Position numbers and translations under genes: made by a program. This document shows positions 12,401-24,624 of a DNA stretch of 64,000 nucleotides, in pieces. This stretch comes from Paraspadella gotoi (lineage: Eukaryota > Animalia > Chaetognatha), in contig CM119265.1 in NCBI GenBank assembly GCA_051294375.1, positions 22,010,278-22,074,277 of the forward strand, in the 5' to 3' direction. Under the pieces are notes generated by a model. It made no database searches and was not told the origin of the DNA. It saw nothing but the letters and a program-made list of their open reading frames with translations. Within the stretch, counting starts at the first letter, position 1; each line of letters starts with the position of its first letter.

Positions 12401-14440
12401 CAGTTTGCCTTAATTTTTTTTTTCATGGAATTTAGTATGCTTATACTTAATTTTCTTAGCCTCGATCGCGGATTCGGTGGCTCCTCCTTCGGGCGTCTTC
12501 CCGCTGGATCGTGAGGCTCCCGACGACGAGGACAACGCCACCGTCGACGCGGCGAAGGAGAAAAGATCAAATCACAAAGGAAAGGAAAAAAAGAAAAAGA
12601 AAGACAAAGACAAGGATGTCAGGAGGGACAAGGAAGAGAGACAAAAGGAAAAGGAGGCCAAGAAGCAAAGAAAGAAGGAGGGAAGAGAGAAGAAAGAACA
12701 AGAGGGCGGAGCCGTGGACGGCTACGGCCGTGACAATTCCCTCTTCTCCACTTCTCTCCTCTCTCCTTCGATGCCCTCGTCGCAGGCGCCGCCGCAGCAG
12801 CAGCAGCAAGCTTCGCAGCTACAACCAGTGAGTGATTTAACATAAGTTTGCAAGTCTGAGTCGAAACAAAAACCCTTTACCCCCTCACAGGTGGTTCCGA
12901 AGCTTACTTTGAAACTCGGCGGCATTTCGTCGTCTGGTAACCCTATCGCCACGTCGGTGGTGAGCGGAGGCGCCGCGACTTCGCACGAGGGTCTGCACTC
13001 GGCGCCGAGACCGACGACGCCCACGCCGCAAGTTCGCGAAAAACTTCCAGAGGTTCCTAAGTTGGTGATCAAAACTCAGAAATCTGCTGGCAAGAACGCG
13101 GTATCGAAAGTGACGACGACGACGACCACTATCTCGACGACGAAATCGACTTTCCTTGAAGAATCCGACTTGAACGCCGAAGGTGGGTCTCGATTCTTTA
13201 GTGAAATCTTAAGTTTTTTCTGGTGGCTTAAGAGATTGTTGTACTTTTGTTATTTCGGAGATCCGCTATGAAACCGGCCGGTCATTGCGCTGTATTTTGG
13301 TCGTCCGTATCTCACTCTCTGGCGATATTTATCGATACCAGCATGATTGAAAAGTTGTCAATTGTTGTGAGGCGACTTTCTCAGCCTCTTTGTATCCGGC
13401 TATCGAATCTCAATAGGCTTCGTTTTCCGCCCTTTTCCAGTCGCTCTCGAAACATCACAGACGGAAATTCGCGTTTCCAAGTCAGAGAAATCGGCGACAA
13501 AGAGCGGAAAGAGCGGGAAAACTTCCGTCAAAGCCTCCTTTTCCTCCGTCGATCCTTCGCCTTTCAAGGACGCCCCTTCAAAAGCGCCGAAGGTGGCGCC
13601 GGACTCCGACGACGAATCCGTCGTCGACGTCGTTCCCGTCACCCTTAAGACTCCGAAGCTATCGACGCCAAAGGGGAGGCCCCCGAAGAACAAGGGAAAG
13701 TTTAAGATATCGCCGACGCCCAAGAAGAAGGCGGGCTCAAACACGCCTCCAACTCCAACCACGCCGGTTCTGACACAGCCCCCGCCGCCTCGCCGGAATC
13801 ATTCTCCGCCACCGGCAACGCCACCCCCGCGACGCCCTTCGATTACAATCCCTGCCACTCCCGTCAACAAGTCTTCGGCCAAAAAGAAGAAAAAGAGATC
13901 ATCGGAAGAGTCGCCTATGATCATCTCGGAAACTATCCTGGAGCCGGACTTTATCAGGACCAACCCCGTCACGGGGGTTAAGGTTTGTGAAATTTGTTTT
14001 GATTCTTTGATAAATACTTTACTTTCTATCTTATACTTTACTTACTATTTTATACTTCTCTTCAGATATGGATTTGTCCCGCCTGTCGCCTTCCCGACGA
14101 CGGTTCTCCGATGATCGGTTGCGACGGCGGATGTGATGCCTGGTATCACTTTGTGTGCGTTGGATTATCCGAGTCGCATATGCCCGAGGACGACGCTTGG
14201 TATTGCCGCAACTGCGCTCCGAGCAACGTCTGCGTGCAGGGCGGCGTCCGAGGACGGCCCCTGCAGCCCGGCAAGGCCGGTGTCGAGTCCCTGCCACCGC
14301 GGAGCAAGAAGAGTAAAGGGTCGCCGAGCAAGGGCGGGACAAGGCCTGGAGTGAGACCCGGCTCGGCGAGCTTCACGCCCAAGAGTAGTCTCCGACCTCC
14401 GGGCCCCATTGGGAGCGCCAAGAGGAAAAAGAAAAGATAA
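9493..14440 (+). CDS. TAF3: TFIID subunit TAF3, multi-exon
   Basis: N-terminal bromodomain-associated histone fold (VAQICLNLGWHS...FGRTEP), RPEHIPSHLP, a long charged/Pro-rich middle with VPKLTLKLG, and a C-terminal PHD finger WICPACRLPDDGSPMIGCDGGCDAWYHFVCVG...WYCRNC. Internal exon boundaries are approximate. Confidence 0.9.
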
Positions 14441-14597
14441 AAATAAAATTTATTTTTCATTTTTTCAGTTAAGATATTCACAAAAAGACTTCTTTATCGT
14501 CTTCATACATAAATCTTTCATTCCACATAATTATTAACCCCTGTACCCGTTATCATACCGACTTGTACTTGATTGTATTTCTTTTCTTTAGTTCAAA

Positions 14598-15528
14598 ATG
14601 GTTATGCGTAAATTTTATATACCTTCGCGTATTTATTTTATTTCAGTCACTTTCAGTGCACATATAAACAATATTATGTTTCACGTCGAAGAGGGAGAGA
14701 CTACGTTGTGCATGGGAGGATTCCCCCCACATTATTCACTGGAGGACATCAGGCAAATGGCACAACCGTTTGGGAAGATACTTAGGGTTCACGGTCCGAT
14801 TCTTTCAAAGAAAAATCAACAGTCCATCGCTTACGTTGTGTTTAGGGACAAGTTCTCCATGAACGAAATGATCGGTAAAACTGTCTTCCTGACATGAAAA
14901 ACTAAAAAGTGCTTAGTTTCGAAAACTGAAGTTTTAATCATGTTCCAGAACAATTGAACGGACAGTCGTTAGATGAAAACTACAAGATGTGGATTCGCAA
15001 ACATTCAACAGAGGTGGCTCTGGCTTAATGGCTCGAAGTCCTCTGTTAGAAATTCATCTCGTGCTTATTTTTCAGCGCAGCCGTTTATCCGACGGGTCTT
15101 CGACGCATACAAAGATGAACAGAGTCCTTCCCACAACACCTGGCTCGAAAATTCCTCCCCTAGAACCGGGTCAAGCTCCGGGTTTGACTCGTTCCGTTTC
15201 GGCGACTCGTTACATTTCCGCTGACGAAGGGAATCTTTCCGCGACAATCGCTTCGCTAAACATTGATTCTCGAAAAGGTGACCGTCTAAAAGTAACCGAA
15301 CAACACGCCCGTAGTGATTCCTTTCTGGGTCCTGATGAGTTCAGACTTAAAAACGCCGAATTATTGGCGCAACTGAAAAGGGAGAAAGAGATTCGCACCG
15401 CCAATCGGCGCCGGTTAGAAGAAGCGGATTTGGCATCGTCGTTGTTGAAGAGGCGGCATCGTCATCTCGTCGAAACGCTCGTGAGCAAAGGCTACCTCGA
15501 CGATGGAAACGACATTGTCCTCACTTAA
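14598..15528 (+). CDS. RRM-domain protein with C-terminal coiled coil, multi-exon
   Basis: TTLCMGGFPPHYSLEDIRQMAQPFGKILRV...IAYVVF..EQLNGQSL reads as a degenerate RRM across GT-AG introns. The last exon has a charged helical segment. Start codon uncertain. Confidence 0.6.
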
Positions 15529-15781
15529 CTGACCAGCGTGCAACAAATACATTACACTACTTAAACGAGGTTTCCGGTGGGATCTCATTGGCAACGTTAA
15601 TTACCAAAATTGTTTACAAATTTGTAGTTTGTAGAAAATGTTTATTGTTAAATTTTACTATCTAATAAAAAAGTAATGCCAATTTTTTAGGGCTTAAGCA
15701 ATAAGCATATTAATTTATATATAATACGAAGCAAACATTTCTTGAAAATATCTAACAAACTTATCGAATAAACAAGCGAAA

Positions 15782-16661
15782 ATGTCGTCGAGGAAAACGA
15801 AAGGAAAGGCGATGAAGAAGCGCGCACAAAGGGCGACCTCGAACGTCTTCGCCATGTTCGATCAAGGTGCGTTGCATTACTATTAGTCTCAGGCACACGA
15901 AGGTGACGAGTTCGTTCCTGGCTTTGTTTTGATATTCATATTGTCAATATTTTATTTTCGACATAGGCCAAATTCAAGAGTTCAAGGAGGCCTTCAACAT
16001 GATCGACCAGAATCGCGACGGCTTCATCGACAAGGACGATTTACACGACATGCTGGCGTCTTTGGGTGAGAATGAACGATAGAAAACAATTTCGAGATCT
16101 TTTTTTCCTCCTTTTGTTCTTTCTCTGGTCCTACTCCTAGATTCATTTTTTTGATATCCCCCACAAATACATTTTATTTTCTTCTACACCCCCCCTTCCC
16201 CTCTAGGCAAAGAAGTGACGGACGAATACCTGGAAGCGATGATGAACGAGGCCCCTGGCCCGATTAACTTCACGATGTTCCTCACTCTGTTCGGCGAGCG
16301 TCTCAACGGGACAGATCCGGAGGAGGTCATCCGAAACGCCTTCGGATGCTTCGACGAGGATTCCACCGGATTAATAAACGTACGTACGGCCGCTCTTCGT
16401 GTTCAACTCGAGATAAGGATTTCTATCTTGAGCACTATTCTAACTTACGAGATGTTTTCAATAGCCTAGTATAGTTTGCGACGCGATTACTAAACTCAGG
16501 AGGACATTCTACGCGAGCTCCTGATGACGATGGGCGATCGATTCACCGAGGAAGAAGTGGACGAGCTCTACCGAGGCGCGCCCATCAAACCCAACGGCGA
16601 CTTCGACTATCTCGAGTTCACGCGCATGCTCAAGCACGGCACGAAGGACAAGGACGAATGA
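15782..16661 (+). CDS. MYL9: Non-muscle/smooth-muscle myosin regulatory light chain (sqh/MYL9/MYL12 type), 4 exons
   Basis: Spliced product [62 protein letters not shown]...[14 protein letters not shown]...[10 protein letters not shown]. Confidence 0.95.
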
Positions 16662-16717
16662 AGAGGAAGGGAGGGTTAAGAGTGAGGGAAGTCTTTCGTC
16701 CGCGCGATCATTCCACG

Positions 16718-16827
<110 letters not shown>

Positions 16828-17489
16828 GTCAAAAGTTTTCGGCGTCTTCCGTCGTCTTCCATCGCCGTACAAACGGGAGACTCAAAATTATTTTTACCCT
16901 CTCCTTTTTCTCTCTCGATGAGAGAGAGAGACTCTTTTGAATACGACACTTTTATTATCTGTCTGTCTTTCGTCAAAAGTTTCTGCCGTTTTTTTATTAG
17001 ATCCTTTTCTCGTAATACTTTATTATCACTTCTATTATATTATATGTTTTTGGAACGGTGGCATTTTCCCCTCACATTTAGGGATGTATTGTGATCATTT
17101 TATTACAGTCAATTATAGTTAGTCATTAGTTAGCCTTTTTTTAAGAAAAGGAGTTTTGTTGGCAACGCGCTTTTTTTCAATCGTGTGTAAAATAATTATA
17201 TCTGATCTGGATTAAAACTCGAATCATGATTTCTCGTTTCGCACGATTTATGTTCAAAATCCGTGGACAGGTTTTTCAAAATTATTTCGGAAAATCATCG
17301 AGCCTGTTTGACTTTTAACTAATTTCTAGCTATAATATCTTTAGAGTAGGATATGGTTAGTTGCTGAAAAAAATAATGCCCACTTGAAAAGCTTATGCAT
17401 TCTGCTGGCTCTAATTCTAAAAATAAATTGGGTTTAAAATTTAATGAAGATTTGTGTTAATATCCGATAGAGCGATGCTGATGGTTACG

Positions 17490-19040
17490 TAATGCGAAAG
17501 TCGTTTTTAGACAAATGAGCAGCGCGACTGGAAGGCTTCGCCAAAAGTGGCGCTCTCCACCAACAGGTTTTATCTCGCTCCGGGCCCAGTGCGATGTAGC
17601 GTCCGCGGAAGAAATAAAACTATTAAAAAAACCGGTAATTGTTTCAATTGGTTATATTTATACATATTTTGGCAAAATTTTTTTGCTTATCGTCGATTTA
17701 GGTATTGCTTTCACTTCGAGCGCTAAAAATAAAGTTTTGTCTTGAATCCCCGAAGTGTTACCTGAACCGTCTCTTCTTCGCCGAGTTCTCTATTCATTTC
17801 GAATAATTAAATTTTGGTATTTCATTTGGTCGACGGGTTTGTCAAGGTCGGATGACTTTTAGCCGTTTTGGACGAGGAGGCTTAGATTTGTCTCCAGTTG
17901 TATATATATATGGAGCTATATCCTAAAGCTTTTTCTGTATTATTATTTGTAAAGTGGCTTACCGGGATTTTACGGTCGGTTATTTTTTTTCGCTTTTTAT
18001 GAGCTACGTATAGAAATCTCATTACGCAAAAATAAGAAAAGGATACTGGTAAGGGTAGAAAAACTTATTACAAATTTGATTTCGAAACCTCCCCTAACCC
18101 TAACTACCCCTAATCCTTAACCACCCCTAATCCTTAACCACCCCTAATCCTTAGCCAGTAACCACCCTTAACCCAATTGCTAACCGTTTAAAAATTATAA
18201 CATCAAAATATTGTTTTTCCTTTAATTTCGTTTCGTTATTTGTTTGAGGTGGAAAATGAATTGTTTGTTTACATACGAGTTTTATTAAGAAACATAAAGT
18301 TCGGACATGTTTCAGCTTCAATCAGCGCAAAAACGTATTGTTTTGTGAAACAAATATTTTTACAGACTTTGAAGTTTTAAGAGGGAGTCTGTAAAAATAT
18401 TTGTTTCACAAATAAATTCATTTTTTCACTGATGAAGGCTTACATTGAAACCAAAACATGTCCGAAATATAGGTTTCATTTTCTACCTCAAACATAAAAA
18501 GAGCAATTTTAATAAATTTAAAACAATTATTATTAATTATAAAATTTTAAAAAATTGTATTACTGCACAAAAAAATGTATATTACTGCAAAAACAGACGA
18601 ATAGTAAAGTTACCCAAATAATTTTTTTGAGTCAGTTAAAAAATTTTCTAAACTTTGTGAGGAAAGGCCGATTGATCAAATGATCCAAAAAAGGTAATAG
18701 ACGAGTTGTGAAATAAAAAAAGACAAATTGATTATCAATAAGGAATGTTTCTTTGACCACGATTAGAATTACCTCTGACTCGGAGTCTTTCAGAAAAAAA
18801 ATCCAATTTTCGCCGACGTGATTTTCTGATAAAACCGATAATCCGATATGAATGAAATTTACGAAAGGCGCAGTCAGAACTACCAATATTGAGTTATATT
18901 TCCTCATCTCCGCCTACGCACCTTCCTTCGTCAGATTGCGTTATTCGCTTCCGGTCTGCATGCCAACGCCCACTCGTTTCCGGTGCCAGAGAGAACGTCG
19001 AGAAAAAAAACCGATGTGTTTAACATCGCGAAACATCGCT
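17490..19040 (-). CDS. Probable unidentified multi-exon gene (small exons only, product unknown)
   Basis: GC-richer islands bounded by minus-strand AG/GT sites give open peptides, e.g. ENHVGENWIFFLKDSESE (about 18775-18830), ELGEEETVQ (about 17762-17790) and FYFFRGRYIALGPERDKTCWWRAPLL (about 17620-17490). I could not assemble a full model. Confidence 0.35.
18088..18186. repeat. Degenerate telomere-like (CCCTAA/CCTTAA) tract
   Basis: cccctaaccctaactacccctaatccttaaccacccctaatccttaacc... Confidence 0.75.
18241..18494. mobile_element. Fold-back / hairpin MITE
   Basis: Three nested inverted pairs: tgtttgaggtggaaaatgaa with ttcattttctacctcaaaca; tcggacatgttt with aaacatgtccga; and tttgtgaaacaaatatttttacagact with agtctgtaaaaatatttgtttcacaaa. 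Confidence 0.75.
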
Positions 19041-19245
19041 CTCTAATTTTTTTTTATCGGATAATTGATTGATAATTGATTCTTGTGGGCGGACGTGCTT
19101 GCGTTTTGAAAGCTTTGCTCACATTTTATTTTGAAATTGCCCTGGGTTTGTTCACTGTCAACATTACATTATGAAACGTGCCAAATCATTGAAACGTAAA
19201 TTTAATGTCGCATTTTATCGTATCTTCAAAAAGTCTAGTACATAC

Positions 19246-20337
19246 TAGGCGTGAAATTTAATTTAACAAATTTCTTAAGAACAGTGAGATTGAGTCTTTG
19301 AAAAATGGAAATTTAAAGTAAATTGAAATTCAGTTAGTACAGTAAAATACATTTAGGCAATGTAAATAAATAAGCAGTAACGTGATTAAAATTGAACCGG
19401 TTAACCATTAAATCGGTTAATTTGTCAAAATTAAGATATGATAAAAATTTATGATAAAAATAAGTAACAAAAAAGTTTTTATTTTCAATACTATACTCCA
19501 ATGTTCATTAAAAAGGAATACATCAAAGAAAAAATTTTAATAACAAAAAACAAAACAAAAAATAAATCGTGTTGCTTTTATATGTACAAAAAGAATATTT
19601 TTAAATAATAAAACTTAATTTTATAATTCATTTTTGCTTGAACTTTTTAATAAAAAGTTCGGCTGCAATAAAAACTCTTTCTGCTTCAACTAATGTCGGA
19701 GGTGGTAAAGTGAGTTGAGCGGAATTAATTTTTGATAAATAAAATGGTCTGTTCCCCTTTATTTTAAAGGGGGACATTTTGTTATTTTTATACAAAATGT
19801 TACCCTTCTTCGGCAAGACAATGAAAGAAAAGTGGTGAGATTTCTTAAGAACAGTGAGATTGAGAAATGGAAATTTAAAGTAAATTGAAATTCAGTTAGT
19901 ACAGTAAAATACATTTAGTCAATGTAAATAAGTAAGCAGTAACGTGATTAAAATGTTAAACTGTGAAATTAATAAGTAATTATATTGTTAATAATAAACA
20001 TTTAAATAAATGAAAGTGAAGGTGAAAATAGAAAGTTGATAGTTTATATTTAGAAAAAAGAATTATTGTCATATTTTGTAAAATTTTACAAATCAAATTG
20101 GCGCTGAAGAAGGCTAACATGTTTTTTTTAATCAAAATAAATTCATGGTTTGAAATTAAAAATTGTTTTTCTCTTTTATTACTTATGTGATCTAAAATAG
20201 GGGAGAAAAGTATTAAGAAATAGCCTTGCAATGGAAAACCATGGTACTTAAACTTCAAGTAAACAAAAGTTATAATTAAAAGTTAAAGTTAAATTAATTT
20301 TCATCGGTGAATAACCGTTAATCAGTTAAAACGCCTC
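19246..20337. mobile_element. Non-autonomous hAT-like element with 8-bp target-site duplication
   Basis: GTACATAC is repeated at 19238-19245 and 20338-20345. Short TIRs TAGGCGT / ACGCCTC, AACCG/CGGTT motifs near both ends, and an internal direct duplication of about 120 bp (about 19270-19392 and 19840-19954). Confidence 0.65.
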
Positions 20338-20957
20338 GTACATACGAAGTTTAATACGCAAAAATTTGATTAAATGTAACATTAACATATTTTGAATAAT
20401 CAGCCGACTTCGTTCCCAGAATTCCCACTTTTTTTCTAGTTTGAATTAACCTTCTCTAACAATTCCGAAATTCATTATCTGATGGATGCAAGATCTGTTA
20501 CGTAATCCTCTTTTCCCTCCCCCCTCTCCCCTTCCGTTATCCACCGACGTTTTCCATTTCCGACTCGTAAGCTGGAAGCATCTGCGTCTGTTTTTCCTCT
20601 TCCTCTTCCAACTTCGTCGTCGTCGTCGTCGTCGTTAAACTCCTCTTTGTTTTAGACGTCACGGTATTTTTTATAATAACGAAAGAGACGCGTTTCTCGT
20701 GGAGGTGCGAAGTCGTTGCGCCTCGCGCGCCTCCTTTCCTCATTTCCTCATTTCCGGTCTTTCTGTTTTCTTTTGTTTTGGGAATCGGTTTTGCTAGAAA
20801 AAAATCACTTTTTGTTTTATAATTAGTAATTTTTTAAATGAAGTAATGAATAACTGAATCTAATTTTTTTTTCCATAAAGGGTCTTGACAAAAAAAAAGA
20901 AGCAATGACGGCCGCGAAAATTCAGAGAATCAAAAATCTGTTATTTAATCTCAACGA

Positions 20958-23900
20958 ATGATGAACGTTTTGACTGGGGATTCACCGCGGAACTGTGGGG
21001 TGTCGCAGCACCGAGGACCACAAGTTAGTTTCCATATTGTTTATATTTTCATTTCTATTCTGTTTTCAATTTTTTTCATTTTGTAGACGTTATCGACAAA
21101 TTTGGATTATTCCTTTGACGCACCTCAGCCCGGTAGTCCTGGTAAATTCATTTGACAATAAATAAATTATTATTACCTTTTGCTTAAAGCTGTCTTTCCT
21201 TATAAAGGCCTTTCTGCTACCACTAGCTCATCGAACGTCTTTGAAACTGACTTGCCAAGAACAGAAGGGTTTCACCTCAAAGAGGTATTGCTCGTAAAAG
21301 AATTCGACCAGATACACAATTATACATTCATTAAGATTTGGGTTCAAAGAAACTAATTAGATTAAACTTTTAAAATGTCGTCGAGAAGAATTTCAAACAA
21401 AAAGATATTTAATTCTTTTTCGTGTAGATTTTGGAGATTTTGTCATTCGACTACAGACTTAATAAATTCTCAAAATTAGGTGGCGGAAGTTTCTTTTCCA
21501 GTTCAAGGCGTACAAAGTGCAAATATAAGCGGCTGTTTTGATAAAACTACTCATGGTAAGTAATCGAAAGTGATTTCTCTTTCGGCTTTGTCTAAGAAAA
21601 ATAATTTAGTCAAACAGTAACCGTAGTCTCCGCTTCCATTTACGTTTTCTCTAGATCCCCTGTCGCCGTCTCGACGGGAAGACCTTCCTTCGTCGCCGAT
21701 CTCATCGCTCTCCGTCTCTTGGCGACGCCTCACCGTCAAGACGGACGGCGGCGTCGAAGTGGCGCCGCCGTCGGACGTGTACGACGAAACCGGCGCGGAA
21801 TCTCGGATTTGTGGCGACGGCGTCCGAACTTTCTCCGCCGATGAGATTCCGACTTCGCACTCTCATCTTCCACCAAGACCGTCGGAATCTCTTTCCGGCG
21901 ATGCCACCCGCCTTTCTTTGGCCCCTCCGAACGCTTCCTCTCTTCCTCCTTCCGTCGCTCCGACATCGGCGTCGACGAGCGCCACTCAGGATTCTTTTTC
22001 TCCGCCGACGGCGTCGCTATCGAAGTCTTCGTTATCGTCTTCGTCATCTTCGAGTCTCACGCGTCACGACTCTCTCGCGGGGGGCGACGTAAAAGCCGCT
22101 ATTTCTAGTCAAATTTTATTTCCGGGATCGAGCGTTGTACGCGTTGAGGCGGGAGAATCGGTCAGCGGGGAAACTGGTCCCAAAGACCCCGGTTCGAAGG
22201 GTTTCGACGTGGCATCGACGGCGGTCGGAGACGATGTCGGCGTAGAGGGCGACGTGACGAGAGTAGGGGAGATGGAATCAGATTCAGCGCCGGATTTACT
22301 GTCGCACTTAAGGCGAGTTACTTGACTTGAATCGAATAAAAATTAATACAAAGAGTTCGCCCAATGTGGGGCTCGAACCCACGACCCCAGGATTAAGAGT
22401 CCTGTGCTCTACCGACTGAGCTAACCGGGCTAATTTTTTGAAATCTTCTATATTTGAAACGGCATCCTGTATTGAATTTTTTTTTTAAGGTCGAACATGA
22501 AGGAAATCATTTCGCAAAACATTAAATTTTTGGATGGTAACGAAAATGCGTCAAACCTTAATGATGCCTCTCCCAAAGAATCCGTCGCGGAATCGCAAGT
22601 AAGAAAAAAGTACTACACAGTTAAAATACATACGCAAAATGTTTTGTTCCTTCTGTGACTGATTTCGATTTGTTGTACTCAAGATTCACGACAGACCCCA
22701 GGGAAGTTCTGGTTCTGAAGAGGATTCGCCGATTTTCCGCTCTTCTGATCCGTCTGATTCCAACTTTACTTTTCAAACCATATCTCCAGGTTAGTTTATT
22801 AAAAAAAAAAACCGTTGCTCACTTATAAGACCGAAAATTCACTATCTGCAGCGCGACTGCTTTAGCCATACAAGGTTATTTAAAAAAAATTAAGAAGAAA
22901 ACAAATTCAAGGAATCAGTTTTTCTTTTATGCAGATTTTGATTCCGTCGTTTTGTCTTCCCCTGGAAAATGGCGAAAAAGAAGCGCTTTTGATTTATCGG
23001 AAGCGAACCGTAAGTCATTTCGTGACTTTATTTTCATTTTCATTATATTTACAATTGTCACAACCTAAAAATAGAATTATAACCTTTACTATATATACAT
23101 TTACGACTTTATCCTATTAATCTACCATTTTATTTCTTTTTTTTTTCTGCCCAGAAACAAGAGAAGATATGATATTGCGAAAAGCTCCTCGTCTGAATTT
23201 ACCTCAAAACGACGCGGTCGACGAAGGTTTCGGGAGTATCGAGTGAGCAACAAAAACTTTACAAGTAAAACACAATTGTAATAATGCACTTTTAATTATA
23301 TTTGCGTTAACTTCTCTCCAGTGACAACGTCTCAACGCCTCGTCAAAATCCTCCATCCAACTCTTTTCACCCTCTCCATTCTGCTCAATCTCCTCTCCTC
23401 GCTCCTTACCCTCCGCATTCATCCTTCTCTCCCCGTTCTCCCCATCCTCTGCCTCCCTCTCACTCTCCTTACCCTCCCGATTCTCCTCTTCTCTCTCGTC
23501 CTTCCTTTTCTCCTTATCTTCCGCGTTCTCCCCAACCTTCACACGCTCCTTCCGAGACATCGCCCGCCGATCCCGCCGAGCCTTCGCGGGCTTTCCATTT
23601 CGGCCGGTTTCCGCCCATTCCCTCCGTCCAGCCGGGTCGCTTTCCCCCTTTTCTCGACGCGGAGTCGACCTCGTCGCCCGCGGGTGGATTTTTGCTGCAG
23701 ATTCCGAGAGCGACGCCGGTCGGTGAAGGAGTCAACAGGCCATTCGCCTTCGAACGGGGCGCGAAATCCAACGCTCATTTGGGTGAGGTCGTAATAATGA
23801 TATCTATCCTCTCACCTTCCAAAAATTTTGATAACGAAAATTATTATTTTTTATTTTTTTATGGACAAAAAAAGAAAACGAGAGTCGCGATCAACCAGTG

Positions 23901-24431
23901 ATTTTGAACCTGAGTGGAAATCGAAATGGTGGGGATCAGGTAAGGATTCTGTTCGTCTTTCCGATCTTCCCCCATCCATCTTCTCCCATCAAGATTTTCT
24001 AATTTCCCTCCCCCCAATGCTTTGTCGAATCAGAATTCCGAGAGATCTTCGCCTCGTGCCTCGCAGTCCCCGACGCCGAGACCGCCGACGGTCGACTTCG
24101 CCGCCAGCATCTCGAATCCTCTCCCGTTGCCCGGAGATCCGGGTGAGCGGCTTTCGCCTCATATTCAAAACTTGTCCTCTTCTTTTCATATTTTTATTTT
24201 GATATCATCAGCTGCCATGTCGGCGTTGGATCCGCCCGTCCTCTGCATCGGAGGGAAATGCCCGATTTGCTCAGATCGCGTTTCAGGTTCAGTCTATAAT
24301 ATTCCTGTTTGTTTCTTTTTCTTTTTCTTTTTTTCATTCATCCTTTCTTCCATTCTTTATTTATTTTTTTCATCTTTTATTATTTTTTATTTTTACTTTC
24401 TTTTTTCTTTCTTTCTTTCTTTCTTTCTTTC

Positions 24432-24486
<55 letters not shown>

Positions 24487-24554
24487 TTTTTTTTTTTCAT
24501 TCATCCTTTCTTCCATTCTTTATTTTTTTTTTATCTTTCATTATTTTTGTTTTA

Positions 24555-24624
<70 letters not shown>

